DNA of 63,687 bases, the filler included. It is 7 parts of 7 records of this genome, joined end to end, with 100 filler letters (N's around TTAATTAATTAA, not from the genome) between each part and the next. Parts side by side here need not be neighbours in the genome. Positions count along the whole stretch, not along the records: positions 9,926 to 16,120 come from SRR22947725_1410; positions 16,221 to 21,708 come from SRR22947725_1411; 5 more parts are not named here. One strand, 5' to 3'. Positions within the stretch are counted from its first letter, which is position 1, and each line of letters opens with the position of its first letter. A model generated the notes under the pieces. That model worked only from the letters and a program-made list of their open reading frames with translations, was not told the origin of the DNA and did not search any database. This document shows, one piece after another, positions 9,826-20,050 of this stretch. The translations under genes were made by a program, and so were the position numbers.

Positions 9826-9925
9826 NNNNNNNNNNNNNNNNNNNNNNNNNNNNNNNNNNNNNNNNNNNNTTAATTAATTAANNNNNNNNNNNNNNNNNNN
9901 NNNNNNNNNNNNNNNNNNNNNNNNN
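9826..9925. other. Artificial contig spacer (N44-TTAATTAATTAA-N44)
   Basis: N runs flanking a six-frame stop linker; composition changes across it. Confidence 0.99.
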
Positions 9926-9926
9926 A

Positions 9927-9971
9927 GTTTCAGTTGGACCATCAAGAGATCAAACAATTTATAGGGATTAG
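9927..9971 (+). CDS. purA: Probable 3' end of adenylosuccinate synthetase (partial)
   Basis: Manual translation VSVGPSRDQTIYRD* resembles the PurA C-terminal 'VS.GP.R.QTI' motif; only 14 aa visible. Confidence 0.55.
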   Translation, partial: VSVGPSRDQTIYRD

Positions 9972-9992
9972 TTTTATCAATTCGGGAGAGAT

Positions 9993-12224
9993 ATGAGAAA
10001 CCTTCTAACTTCACTCGTTCTGCTTTTTATTTTCACTGTAGCTATTTTTTTTGGAGGCGCAGTCCTTAAGGTTTTTGGAACATTGGATGGCCCTGGTGTC
10101 ATAGAGGGAAAAGCTTTACCAGGCAAAGCACTTGAAGATAGAGTCAACAGAGTCAATGCCGTTAAATCTGAATTAGAAGTTTCGGATGAAAAGCAAATTC
10201 TGTTTGGCGATCTCCATGTTCATACAACTTACTCAACAGATGCATTTATGTGGTCTTTGCCTTTTATGAATGGCAAGGGAGCATCACCATTGGCAGATGC
10301 GTGCGATTATGCAAGATTTTGCTCAGCTTTAGATTTCTGGTCTATTAATGACCATGCTGAAGCCAGCACCCCTAGAAAATGGTTGGATACCAAGCAAAGC
10401 ATTCAGCAATGTAATAATTTATCAGAAGGGACAGATGACTTGGTAAGCTTTTTAGGCTGGGAATGGACCCAAGTTGATCCTACTCCCGATAATCATTATG
10501 GGCATAAAAATGTTATTTTTTTAGAAACTGATGAGGCTTTGGTTCCCCCAAGAGCTATTGGTTCTGGAGGGGTTGCTCCTTTGGTTATGAGATTGGGTTT
10601 ACCATGGACCATGTCTGCCTTGCCGGCAACCTTAGATTTAAAAAATAGAGATAGGTTTTTTGCATTTGATAAATTCTTTGAAGAAATCAAGGCCACGCCT
10701 ATATGTCCTGAAGGGGTTAATACGAGAGATCTGCCTGTCAATTGTTATGAAGAGGCCAGCAATCCAAACCTATTGTTTCAGAAACTAAAAGATTGGGAAA
10801 CGCCTTACATGGTCATTCCTCATGGGACAACTTGGGGATTTTATACACCCCCAACATCAGATTGGAAAAAGCAGCTTACAGATTTTCAAGATGATGAGTC
10901 TCAATTTTTGTTTGAAATTTATTCAGGTCATGGCAATTCTGAAGAATACAGAATATGGAATGATTCAAATATTAATTCACAAGCGGAGATATTTTGCCCT
11001 GAACAAACCGAAGATTTTTTACCAACCTGTCAACAGGCAGGCAATATTATGGCTCAAAGATGCGAAGACTCTGGGATGGATGAACAGACTTGTAAGTATC
11101 TTGTAAACCAAACAAAATTATTTTCTGCACAAATGGGCTCAACAGGATATGCGGCTGTTAATGAAACTGATCCAGATGATTTTTTAAATGCAGGACAATG
11201 CAATGACTGTTTTTTACCATCTTTTAACTACAGACCGCTAGGTTCAGCGCAGTATGTTTTAGCTTTAAGTGATTTTACCGACAAAGAAAATCCGAAACGC
11301 TTTAAGTTTGGGTTCATTGGTTCAAGTGATAATCACGGCGCTCGACCAGGGACCGGTTATAAAGAAATTGATCGACTTTATAATACTGAAGCAAACGGCT
11401 TTAATGATCCCTTGTTTGAAAAGTTGAGTTCTCTTAGACGCCCCAAGGGGAAATTAGAACCTTCCTATGTAAATCTAGGCAATACATCTTTAACCAGTAT
11501 CTTAGATTTAAATATTGCAACAGACGCTGAAAGGCAAAGTGCTTATTTCATGTCAGGTGGCTTGGTTGCTGCCCACTCATCATCTAGAAACAGGCAATCA
11601 ATTTGGAATGCCTTGGAAAGAAAAGAGGTTTATGCAACTTCAGGCCCAAGAATTCTTTTATGGTTTGATGCAGAAGTTCAATCTCAATCTTTAGCAATGG
11701 GAGCTGAAGTTAATAGCAGCCAATCGCCAGTATTCACTGTAAAAGCCGCAGGTTCTCTTAAGCAAAAACCTGGGTGCCCTGATTATAGTAATAATGGATT
11801 GAGTAAAGAGCGTTTAGAAAAGATATGTAACTCTGAATGTTATAACCCAAGCAATGAAAGAAGAGTTATTACTAGAATTGAGGTGATTAAAATTTTACCT
11901 CAACAATATGAAAATGAACCTGTTGAAGGTTTAGTGGAAGATGTTTGGAAGACATTCCCGTGTAATAGCACTAGTTGCCAGATCTCATTTGAAGATGAGC
12001 AATTCTCAATTGGACGAAGAGATGCTGTTTATTATGTTCGAGCCATTGAGGAGCCTTCGCCAACTTTATCGGCAGATCCACTAGGGTGTGAATTTAACGA
12101 AAATGGTGAATGTATCAAAACTGAAATATGCAGGGTAGGGGTTAATGAAAATAGAGATGGGTGTGTTGCACCCGCTGAGCATCGAGCTTGGTCTAGCCCA
12201 ATATATGTTAATTACTCTTCTTGA
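9993..12224 (+). CDS. DUF3604 family PHP-like metallo-hydrolase with N-terminal membrane anchor
   Basis: FGDLHVHT..S.DA, NDHAE, GWEWT, HKNVIF, IPHG, GFIGSSDNH, EVYATSGPRI, YYVRAIE, RAWSSPI; GGGAG RBS. Confidence 0.85.
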   Translation: MRNLLTSLVLLFIFTVAIFFGGAVLKVFGTLDGPGVIEGKALPGKALEDRVNRVNAVKSELEVSDEKQILFGDLHVHTTYSTDAFMWSLPFMNGKGASPLADACDYARFCSALDFWSINDHAEASTPRKWLDTKQSIQQCNNLSEGTDDLVSFLGWEWTQVDPTPDNHYGHKNVIFLETDEALVPPRAIGSGGVAPLVMRLGLPWTMSALPATLDLKNRDRFFAFDKFFEEIKATPICPEGVNTRDLPVNCYEEASNPNLLFQKLKDWETPYMVIPHGTTWGFYTPPTSDWKKQLTDFQDDESQFLFEIYSGHGNSEEYRIWNDSNINSQAEIFCPEQTEDFLPTCQQAGNIMAQRCEDSGMDEQTCKYLVNQTKLFSAQMGSTGYAAVNETDPDDFLNAGQCNDCFLPSFNYRPLGSAQYVLALSDFTDKENPKRFKFGFIGSSDNHGARPGTGYKEIDRLYNTEANGFNDPLFEKLSSLRRPKGKLEPSYVNLGNTSLTSILDLNIATDAERQSAYFMSGGLVAAHSSSRNRQSIWNALERKEVYATSGPRILLWFDAEVQSQSLAMGAEVNSSQSPVFTVKAAGSLKQKPGCPDYSNNGLSKERLEKICNSECYNPSNERRVITRIEVIKILPQQYENEPVEGLVEDVWKTFPCNSTSCQISFEDEQFSIGRRDAVYYVRAIEEPSPTLSADPLGCEFNENGECIKTEICRVGVNENRDGCVAPAEHRAWSSPIYVNYSS

Positions 12225-12657
12225 GCCAGGCTGCTTGGTTTGTCTTGAGCCACTCGTCTAGTTTTGCATTTACAAATTTATAAGAATTTGGATTTGAGAA
12301 TTTCTTTGCTAAACGAATACACTCATCAATGACTACAGGATGAGGTAGTTCATTTGCACGTATTTCTACTATTCCAAGCCACAAAATAGCTTCATCTATT
12401 ATTTCAAGATGTTCGCCCTCGTTGTTCTTGAGATCTCTCGTAATTTCTTTTAAGTCGTCTGATTGTTCAAAAATATTTTCTAATCTTTGTGTAAAGTAAT
12501 TAAAGTTTATTTTTTTTGGAGTATTTTCTTTTAGGAATTGCTCTATTAGAGAATTTAAATTTGATGCATGAAATATATATTGATAGATAGCCTGCACTAA
12601 GCATTCTCGGGTTTGAAGCTCTTGTTTATGTTTTCCGAGATTTTTAGACATCATCAA
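12208..12657 (-). CDS. nusB: Transcription antitermination factor NusB
   Basis: RE..VQA.YQ, VVIDE.I.LAKKF, KFVNA.LD; follows ribH. Confidence 0.92.
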   Translation of the reverse strand: MMMSKNLGKHKQELQTRECLVQAIYQYIFHASNLNSLIEQFLKENTPKKINFNYFTQRLENIFEQSDDLKEITRDLKNNEGEHLEIIDEAILWLGIVEIRANELPHPVVIDECIRLAKKFSNPNSYKFVNAKLDEWLKTNQAAWLKKSN

Positions 12658-13099
12658 TGAGCATTTCTACAAGTGATTGAGCTATTTCTTTACCTTTATT
12701 CAGTTTTGATGCATTGGTTCGTTCATGAGCTTGAGATACATTCTCAGCAGCAATCAAACCAAAGCCAATGGGTTTATTTGCAGCAATACTTACCTGCATC
12801 AATCCTTGGGCTGATGATTCAGAAATGAGCTCATAATGGGTTGTTTCTCCTCTAATCACTACTCCATAAGCAATGACCCCATCTGCATGAGCTAACTCTT
12901 TCTGAGCTGCATGGACTAATTCCCAAGCACCTGGAACATATACAATTTTTAAGTCAGTGAATCCAAGAGACTCTAAATGCATTCTTCCAGATTCTACTAA
13001 TTCATTAACAAGCTCAGCATTCCACTTAGACGCCACAATAGTAATTTTCTTGCTAACATCAATTTTATTTGATGTGTATGAGAATCCATCCTTGCTCAT
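12644..13099 (-). CDS. ribH: 6,7-dimethyl-8-ribityllumazine synthase
   Basis: VPGAWEL, GVVIRGET.HY, PI.FG, NKG.E. Confidence 0.95.
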   Translation of the reverse strand: MSKDGFSYTSNKIDVSKKITIVASKWNAELVNELVESGRMHLESLGFTDLKIVYVPGAWELVHAAQKELAHADGVIAYGVVIRGETTHYELISESSAQGLMQVSIAANKPIGFGLIAAENVSQAHERTNASKLNKGKEIAQSLVEMLIDDV

Positions 13100-14172
13100 T
13101 GTTCAAATCCAGTTACTTCAAGATCAAACCCAGATAAGGACGGGTATTTCACAGGAGTTCCAAGCAATTTAATTTTTCGCAATCCAAGTTCTTTAAGAAT
13201 TTGCGATCCTATGCCCACAGTCTTTGTTTCTGGTTTCACTTGTGATTTTGTTCCCATGAGATCATGCATCACCTCATCGGCATCTTGATAATTTCCAATC
13301 AAAAGCAAAACACCACATTCTTCTTTGCCAATTCTTTTAAGGGCATTTTCTAGGTTGAGCCTTTTACCAAATCCCTCAACACCAATTAAGTCATGCAACG
13401 TATTGGGAATATGAACTCGAACAAGCGGGGAATCAGATGAGCTAAGATCACCTTTAGTAAAGGTTAAATGGAGATTATCAAAGATACTATCTCTCCATGC
13501 AGAAAGCTCAAATTCCAAACCATCAATTTCAACAGATTTTGAGTATTCGAGATGAACAGATTTTTCCTTAAGAGCACGGTAATGAATCAAATCAGCTATT
13601 GTCCCAATTTTCATTTCATGGGTTGAAGCAAATTTTATCAAATCATCTCTTCGGGCCATGCTCCCATCTTCGTTCATAATTTCGCATATAACCCCAGCTT
13701 CCTCAAGACCTGCCAGTCTAGCCAAATCACATGCAGCTTCTGTGTGGCCCGCACGACTCAAGACTCCACCTTCAAAGGCTCTTAGGGGAAAAATATGTCC
13801 GGGTTGAACTATATCTTCTGGTTTGGCATTCTTTTTTGCTGCTGCAATTATAGTTCTAGCTCTATCTTCAGCAGAGATGCCTGTGGAGATTCCTTCAGCT
13901 GCTTCAATTGAAACAGTAAAACCGGTTCCATGTTTTGCTCGGTTATTATTAGTCATCATGGGAAGATTGAGCTGATCACATTTTTGAGGAGACAGAGGCA
14001 AACAAACCAAACCTTTTGCTTTACTAATCATGAAATTGATTTTTTTATCATTTACAAGCTCTGCAGCGCAAACTAAATCGCCTTCATTTTCTCTATCCTC
14101 ATCGTCTAGCAAAATAACCATTTTGCCAGCTGCGATATCCTGAATAATTTCTTCGGTTGTATTGAATTCCAT
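13096..14172 (-). CDS. ribB: 3,4-dihydroxy-2-butanone-4-phosphate synthase fused to a degenerate GTP cyclohydrolase II-like domain
   Basis: DDEDRENEGD, FTVSIEA, PGHIFPL, RAGHTEA; the C-terminal domain lacks the Zn-binding Cys residues. Confidence 0.93.
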   Translation of the reverse strand: MEFNTTEEIIQDIAAGKMVILLDDEDRENEGDLVCAAELVNDKKINFMISKAKGLVCLPLSPQKCDQLNLPMMTNNNRAKHGTGFTVSIEAAEGISTGISAEDRARTIIAAAKKNAKPEDIVQPGHIFPLRAFEGGVLSRAGHTEAACDLARLAGLEEAGVICEIMNEDGSMARRDDLIKFASTHEMKIGTIADLIHYRALKEKSVHLEYSKSVEIDGLEFELSAWRDSIFDNLHLTFTKGDLSSSDSPLVRVHIPNTLHDLIGVEGFGKRLNLENALKRIGKEECGVLLLIGNYQDADEVMHDLMGTKSQVKPETKTVGIGSQILKELGLRKIKLLGTPVKYPSLSGFDLEVTGFEQ

Positions 14173-14206
14173 TTTTCTTATATAGGCATTAAATGCTCAA
14201 ACACAA

Positions 14207-15319
14207 TTAAATATCCTTGTTGTAGTAGGTTGTTTTGACGTCATCTTTAAATCTTTCTACTCTCATCATTTTTAATTTCACTGATGTCTTTATCTTGTCG
14301 GGCGCTTTAACGCTGATGGCATCCTGGCTTTCCTTGCCTAAAAACATGGGTGCAGTATATAGCACCAATTCATCAAATAAATTATTAACGAGAAAAGCAT
14401 TTAAAGTTTTTTGACCCCCTTCAACTAAAATACTGGAAATATTTCTACTTAGAAGATCTTGCAAAAATTCTTTTAGGAAATTCTTCTGTTCGTATTTTAA
14501 ATATTCTATATTTTTAGATTTTTTAGATAATTTCGCAGAGCCAACAATAACTTTTGAATTACCAGCAAAAATTTTACTAACTTTTTTTGATCTCTCGAGG
14601 TTACCAAGAATAATTTTTACTGGCTGCTGTATTGTTTCACCCTTTCCCAAACCTAATTCATTTTTAGTCAAGCGGACTGTAAGGGATGGATTATCTAACT
14701 CAGCTGTATTTCTTCCAATTAAAATCCCTTTTACTTTTGATCGAATGTGATGGCTGTCTTTGCGTGATTCAGGATTTGAAATCCAGTTACTTTCTCCATT
14801 GTTAAGTGCGATTTTGCCATCAAGTGATTGGGCACTTTTCAGGATGATGTAAGGGCGAAATTTTTTTTGATTCGTGAAAAAAATTCGATTTAATTCTTTG
14901 CACTCATTTTTAAGAAGCCCAACGCTTATTTTAATCCCTGCTTTCTTGAGCTGCGTGATTCCTCGTCCATTAATTTTTGGATTGGGATCAAGGGTTCCGC
15001 AGAATAACTTTTTAATCTGATATTTTATTAATGCATTCGAGCATGGCGGGGTGTTTTTTTCAATCGAGCATGGCTCAAGGTTTACATAGACAGTTGATCC
15101 GGCAATTAATTTAAGAGCTTTTTTTGCTCCAAAATTTTTCTTACAGTTATTTATCGCATTTATTTCCGCATGCTCTTTGCCATATTCCTTGTGCCAACCT
15201 TCACCAATTATTTTATTATTTTTTACAATCACACAACCAACCATGGGGTTTGGTTGAACTTTTAGTCGACCTCTTGCTGCAAGCTCAATGGCTCTAGCCA
15301 TAAAGTCGAGGTCTTTCAT
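14207..15319 (-). CDS. ribD: Riboflavin biosynthesis deaminase/reductase
   Basis: [17 protein letters not shown]...TPPC, SLDGKIA, ILVEGG. Confidence 0.95.
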   Translation of the reverse strand: MKDLDFMARAIELAARGRLKVQPNPMVGCVIVKNNKIIGEGWHKEYGKEHAEINAINNCKKNFGAKKALKLIAGSTVYVNLEPCSIEKNTPPCSNALIKYQIKKLFCGTLDPNPKINGRGITQLKKAGIKISVGLLKNECKELNRIFFTNQKKFRPYIILKSAQSLDGKIALNNGESNWISNPESRKDSHHIRSKVKGILIGRNTAELDNPSLTVRLTKNELGLGKGETIQQPVKIILGNLERSKKVSKIFAGNSKVIVGSAKLSKKSKNIEYLKYEQKNFLKEFLQDLLSRNISSILVEGGQKTLNAFLVNNLFDELVLYTAPMFLGKESQDAISVKAPDKIKTSVKLKMMRVERFKDDVKTTYYNKDI

Positions 15320-15795
15320 TTTTTCTTTTTAGTTCTTTTTAACTTTTCTTTGGACAAGGAGGATATCTCTTCGGCAAACTCTTTGATATCTTGGAAGTCA
15401 CGATAGACAGATGCAAATCTTACATAGGCAACCTGATCAACTCTTTTAAGATGTCGCATCACAATCTCGCCAAGCTGCCGCGAGGCTATTTCTCTTTCAC
15501 CTAGTTGACGAATTTCAGTCAAAATACTGCCAAAAACTCCTTCAACCTCTTCAGTAGATAATGGCCTTTTTTCAAGGGCTCTAAGCATCCCACCTTTTAA
15601 TTTAACACCATTAAAGGGCTGCCTTTCACCATCGCTTTTCACGATCCTTGGTAGAGCAAGATCGGCAGTCTCAAAGGTTGTAAACCTTGCATGACAGACT
15701 TCACATTCTCTTCTTCTTCTAATCTGCGAGCCATCACCCACCAGCCTTGAGTCAATCACTTTGGTATCTTGGGCTTGGCAAAAAGGACAAAACAT
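15316..15795 (-). CDS. nrdR: Transcriptional repressor NrdR
   Basis: MFCPFC....T.VIDSR, IRRRREC..C..RFTTFE, ATP cone, [10 protein letters not shown]. Confidence 0.97.
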   Translation of the reverse strand: MFCPFCQAQDTKVIDSRLVGDGSQIRRRRECEVCHARFTTFETADLALPRIVKSDGERQPFNGVKLKGGMLRALEKRPLSTEEVEGVFGSILTEIRQLGEREIASRQLGEIVMRHLKRVDQVAYVRFASVYRDFQDIKEFAEEISSLSKEKLKRTKKKK

Positions 15796-15797
15796 TT

Positions 15798-16120
15798 TTA
15801 TTTATACACTGGAAACCTTTTACACATTTCAACAACTTGATCTTTAGTAGAATTAATTTTATCAGCATTACCAAGGTCAAGAACCACATCACAAATCCAA
15901 TTAGTTAAAATTTCTACTTCTTCGTTTTTAAAACCCCTTGTAGTAACAGCAGGTGTGCCCAATCGAATGCCTGAAGTTACAAATGGCGATTGGGGGTCAT
16001 TGGGAACGGCGTTTTTATTTACTGTTATATTTGCTTGCCCTAAAGCTAGTTCGCAATCTTTACCGGTCAATCCTTTGCTTCTTAAATCCATCAAAACAAT
16101 GTGGTTATCAGTTTTACCAG
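15798..16120 (-). CDS. glyA: Serine hydroxymethyltransferase, C-terminal fragment
   Basis: [37 protein letters not shown]. Confidence 0.95.
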
Positions 16121-16220
16121 NNNNNNNNNNNNNNNNNNNNNNNNNNNNNNNNNNNNNNNNNNNNTTAATTAATTAANNNNNNNNNNNNNNNNNNNNNNNN
16201 NNNNNNNNNNNNNNNNNNNN
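16121..16220. other. Artificial contig spacer
   Basis: N44-TTAATTAATTAA-N44. Confidence 0.99.
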
Positions 16221-17045
16221 ATCTACTTTTGTTGGATCTTTTCCGGAAAAAGCTCCACCACCGTGTGGAGCAGCCCCACCATATGTATCAACAATAATTT
16301 TTCTTCCTGTAAGACCAGTGTCGCCATCGGGACCTCCAATTATAAATTGGCCTGTAGGATTTATATAAATTTCTTTTGGATCAAGATCAGTTAAAAAATT
16401 GTCTGGTATAGATTTATGAATATATGGAATAATCGCTTCTCTTACTTTTTCCTGATTTAAATCTTTAGAATGCTGGGTTGATATAACTACAGATGTAACT
16501 TTCACCGGTTTTTCATTTTCGTATAACATGGTAACTTGGCTTTTCGAGTCAGGCTCAATACCCTGAAGAGTTCCTTTTTTTCTATCTTCAGCCATCAACC
16601 TTAGTATTTTGTGTGAATAATGTATTGGCGCTGGCATTAGTTCATCTGTTTCGATACATGCGTAGCCAAACATTATACCTTGGTCTCCTGCTCCCTCATC
16701 TTTATTATGTTTAGAGTCAACACCCATAGCAATATCTTTAGATTGTTCATGAAGGAATAATTCGACATTTGCTGTTTTCCAACTGAAACCTTCTTGGTCA
16801 TAACCGATATCTTTAATACAATCTCTAACTTTAGAAATTAATTCCTCTTTTACGATTTTAGGTCCTCTTGTTTCACCTGCTAGAACAACTTTATTTGTAG
16901 TAGCAAGTGTTTCACATGCTACCCTTGAAAACGGGTCCTTTAACAAATACGAGTCTACAACCATATCAGATATTCGGTCACATACTTTATCAGGATGACC
17001 CTCTGAAACAGACTCACTCGTAAATAAAAATTTATTATTTGTCAT
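16221..17045 (-). CDS. metK: S-adenosylmethionine synthetase, 3'-truncated
   Basis: [52 protein letters not shown]. Confidence 0.98.
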
Positions 17046-18592
17046 TTTTTTCTGTAAATTAAAAAGATAAAAAGATATGTAATTAAAAGACTAAAAAATA
17101 TCAAATCATTTTTATTTTTATTCGATTTTATCAACGGTATTTCTAGTTCAATATTACCTGCTTCATTGCGATTTAATTGCTTAATTATATTACCTTTATT
17201 ATCGATAATAGCACTAATTCCTTTATTAGCGGATCTTATCAAAAATGTATTGCTTTCTACTGCTCTAAAAATCGATTTAGCTAAATGTTGGTTGGGTCCA
17301 ATGGTATTACCAAACCAACCATCCTCAGAAATATTAACAATTAAGTTAGTTTCTTCATTTGATTTTTGGACCAGGTCTGTAAAAATAATTTCGTAACAAA
17401 TCAATGGCAAAATACTAAAATTATCTAGAGTAATATTTTTATTAGTTTGACCTTTTAGAAAAGACCCGTGTCCCTCTGTAATTTTTTTGAGACCAAAATT
17501 ATTTAAAAATTTTTCAAAAGGTAAAAACTCACCAAATGGAACAAGTTTTCTTTTATTGTAATCATCAATAATTTTTAAATTACTGTCTAAAGCTAACATG
17601 CTATTATAGTATTGCCCCGATATTGAGTCTAACTTATTAGACCCAAGAATTATGTAATGATTTTTAGAAAAACTTTTCTTGATTAGTTCTTTAAAGACTA
17701 AGATTTCATTGAAATTATAACCACTAAATACACCTTCAGGCCAAATAAATAATGTCGTTTTTTCTTTATTAGGTTCGCTATATCTAATTATTTTTTTTAA
17801 CCTTTCTTTAATTTCATCTTTGTTTAAACCATATTTTAATTCGAAATTTGGTGAAACCACTTTTATCAATTTTTTGTTTTCTACTGTTTCTAGAAATCTT
17901 TCATTTTTGTTTAAAGTGTAGTCTCCATAGATATATAAACTTAAAATAAATAATACAGATAAGGATAATGTAAATATTTTTTTTATTTTACTAATTTTAA
18001 AAAAAATAATTATTGGTAACGTAAATAATGTCACAACAATTAAGTTATAAGCGTACAATCCTATATAATTTAAAATTTGTATGATTTCTATTAACCAAGA
18101 TGTGCTGTAGGCCCACAGGTTCCATGGAAATCCAGTTAATAATTTTGCTCTCAAATAATCTGAAAAAGATAAAATTCCTGCAAAAAAAACTAATGAAGAA
18201 AAATTAAATCTTAGATTTTGACCAATCAATAAAGTGGGGATAGCCATAAATAAACTTAAAAATAATGGAATAAAGATTAGTCCAAAAGGAATTAAGATCT
18301 TAAAATTATCATCAAATGTTAATGAGTTAATAATCCAAGAAACGCCACTTAAATAAAAACCGAAGCCGAAAGATAAGCCAAATAAAAATAAATTAATTTT
18401 ATATGGTTTCTTTCTATAAATAGATTGAGATTTTTTTGAGATATAAACAATTGTATAAAAAAAAAGAGGAAATATTATGAAATTAATGATGGTTATATTA
18501 AAAGGTTGAAACGATAAAACAGATAAAGAACCAATTGAAAACGGAAAAATAAATAAAATAAAATATCGACTGTCAAATAATTTTTTAATCAT
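17042..18592 (-). CDS. lnt: Apolipoprotein N-acyltransferase
   Basis: GFPW, WPE, YNK..LVPFGE..P, ICYE.IF, DGWFG. Confidence 0.95.
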   Translation of the reverse strand: MIKKLFDSRYFILFIFPFSIGSLSVLSFQPFNITIINFIIFPLFFYTIVYISKKSQSIYRKKPYKINLFLFGLSFGFGFYLSGVSWIINSLTFDDNFKILIPFGLIFIPLFLSLFMAIPTLLIGQNLRFNFSSLVFFAGILSFSDYLRAKLLTGFPWNLWAYSTSWLIEIIQILNYIGLYAYNLIVVTLFTLPIIIFFKISKIKKIFTLSLSVLFILSLYIYGDYTLNKNERFLETVENKKLIKVVSPNFELKYGLNKDEIKERLKKIIRYSEPNKEKTTLFIWPEGVFSGYNFNEILVFKELIKKSFSKNHYIILGSNKLDSISGQYYNSMLALDSNLKIIDDYNKRKLVPFGEFLPFEKFLNNFGLKKITEGHGSFLKGQTNKNITLDNFSILPLICYEIIFTDLVQKSNEETNLIVNISEDGWFGNTIGPNQHLAKSIFRAVESNTFLIRSANKGISAIIDNKGNIIKQLNRNEAGNIELEIPLIKSNKNKNDLIFFSLLITYLFIFLIYRKK

Positions 18593-19052
18593 TAATGAAA
18601 CTAGAATACTTTTTTTCTATTTTTTTCATTGCTAAAAAATCTTTATCTTTTTTGTGATTATATCCAAATAAATGAACTAGCCCATGTATCCACAAATTAT
18701 TAAATTCAATTTTAAAATTCTTTGTTTTTTTTTTGTTTTTAATTTCATTAAAATTAATAATTATATCTCCAAGATAAATTTCTTTTTCTTTAATTAATCT
18801 TTTGTTTAATTCTTTTTTTGTGTAGAAAGGAAATGAAAGAACATCTGTTGATTTGTTTTTTTTTCTAAATTTACTATTTAAATTCTTAATTTCCTTATGA
18901 CCTGAGAGTAACAATGTAAAATAAATTCTTTTTTTTTTTAATTTTTTATTTTTGTTATTAAGTTTATTAATTTTTCTATCAATATAGCTATTTGGATTTT
19001 TTATATACCTATACCAACTTGTGTTTTTTGTTATTACATTAGCTTTTATCAT
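18585..19052 (-). CDS. ybeY: rRNA maturation endoribonuclease YbeY
   Basis: TDVLSFP, LGDI.I, HGLVHL.GY.H. Confidence 0.93.
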   Translation of the reverse strand: MIKANVITKNTSWYRYIKNPNSYIDRKINKLNNKNKKLKKKRIYFTLLLSGHKEIKNLNSKFRKKNKSTDVLSFPFYTKKELNKRLIKEKEIYLGDIIINFNEIKNKKKTKNFKIEFNNLWIHGLVHLFGYNHKKDKDFLAMKKIEKKYSSFIND

Positions 19053-20043
19053 CAGTGCTTTTTTTTTGATAAGCTCTAATAATTTTTGAAACTAGAGGGT
19101 GTCTTACAACATCATTGTGATCAAATTCGATAATTTTAATTTCTTTTAAATCTTTAAGAATTTCTCTTGATTTAATTAAACCAGAGTGAGATTTATTGAG
19201 CAAATCTATTTGGCTAGGATCACCATTAACAACTAATTTTGAATTTTCTCCTATACGTGTAAAAAACATTTTAATTTGAGTTTCTGTAGCATTTTGAGCT
19301 TCGTCTAAAATTGCAAAACAATTTTTCAGAGTTCTTCCTCTCATAAATGCTAATGGTGCAATCTCAATTTCACCTGACTCAATTTTTTTATCTATTTTAT
19401 CCGCACCAAAAAGTTCATACAAAGCATCATAAAGTGGTCTTAAGTATGGATCGACTTTTTCTTTCATATCGCCGGGTAAAAATCCAAGCTTTTCACCTGC
19501 TTCAACTGCTGGTCTAGATAATATGACTCTATCAATTTTCTTATCCATTAATAAAGTTACGCCCACTGAAACTGCTAAAAAACTTTTCCCTGTTCCAGCT
19601 GGTCCTAATGACATCACAATATCATTTTCCTTCAGGGCTTTTATATAATCAGATTGTTTTTCTGATCTAGCTATAACTGATTTTCTAGGTGTTTTAATAA
19701 GCTGTTTAAAAGATTTTATATTTGACTCTTCTGTTTCTATATTTTTTTTCACAGACAAAAGTATATCCTCTTTTTCAATTATGTTCGTTAAAATATATTT
19801 ATTAATCAAAAATTTGATTGCTTCACAAAAAGTACTTGTTTTTTCTTTATTACCTTTACATGTAATTGAATTGCCCCTGAAAAATACATCTGTACTTGTT
19901 AATTTTGAAAGATATTTTAAATTTTGATCGAACTGCCCTACAATCGACATTAACATTTCATTATCATTAATTGAGATATTTACTGTCTGATCATCAATTT
20001 TTTTTATGATTATGTTTTGTTCAAGTTTGCTTATTTCTGACAT
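19039..20043 (-). CDS. phoH: PhoH family ATPase (YbeZ)
   Basis: GPAGTGKS, RPAVEAGE.LGFLPGD, APLAFMRGRT, ILDEAQN. Confidence 0.95.
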   Translation of the reverse strand: MSEISKLEQNIIIKKIDDQTVNISINDNEMLMSIVGQFDQNLKYLSKLTSTDVFFRGNSITCKGNKEKTSTFCEAIKFLINKYILTNIIEKEDILLSVKKNIETEESNIKSFKQLIKTPRKSVIARSEKQSDYIKALKENDIVMSLGPAGTGKSFLAVSVGVTLLMDKKIDRVILSRPAVEAGEKLGFLPGDMKEKVDPYLRPLYDALYELFGADKIDKKIESGEIEIAPLAFMRGRTLKNCFAILDEAQNATETQIKMFFTRIGENSKLVVNGDPSQIDLLNKSHSGLIKSREILKDLKEIKIIEFDHNDVVRHPLVSKIIRAYQKKSTDDKS

Positions 20044-20050
20044 CTATCGT

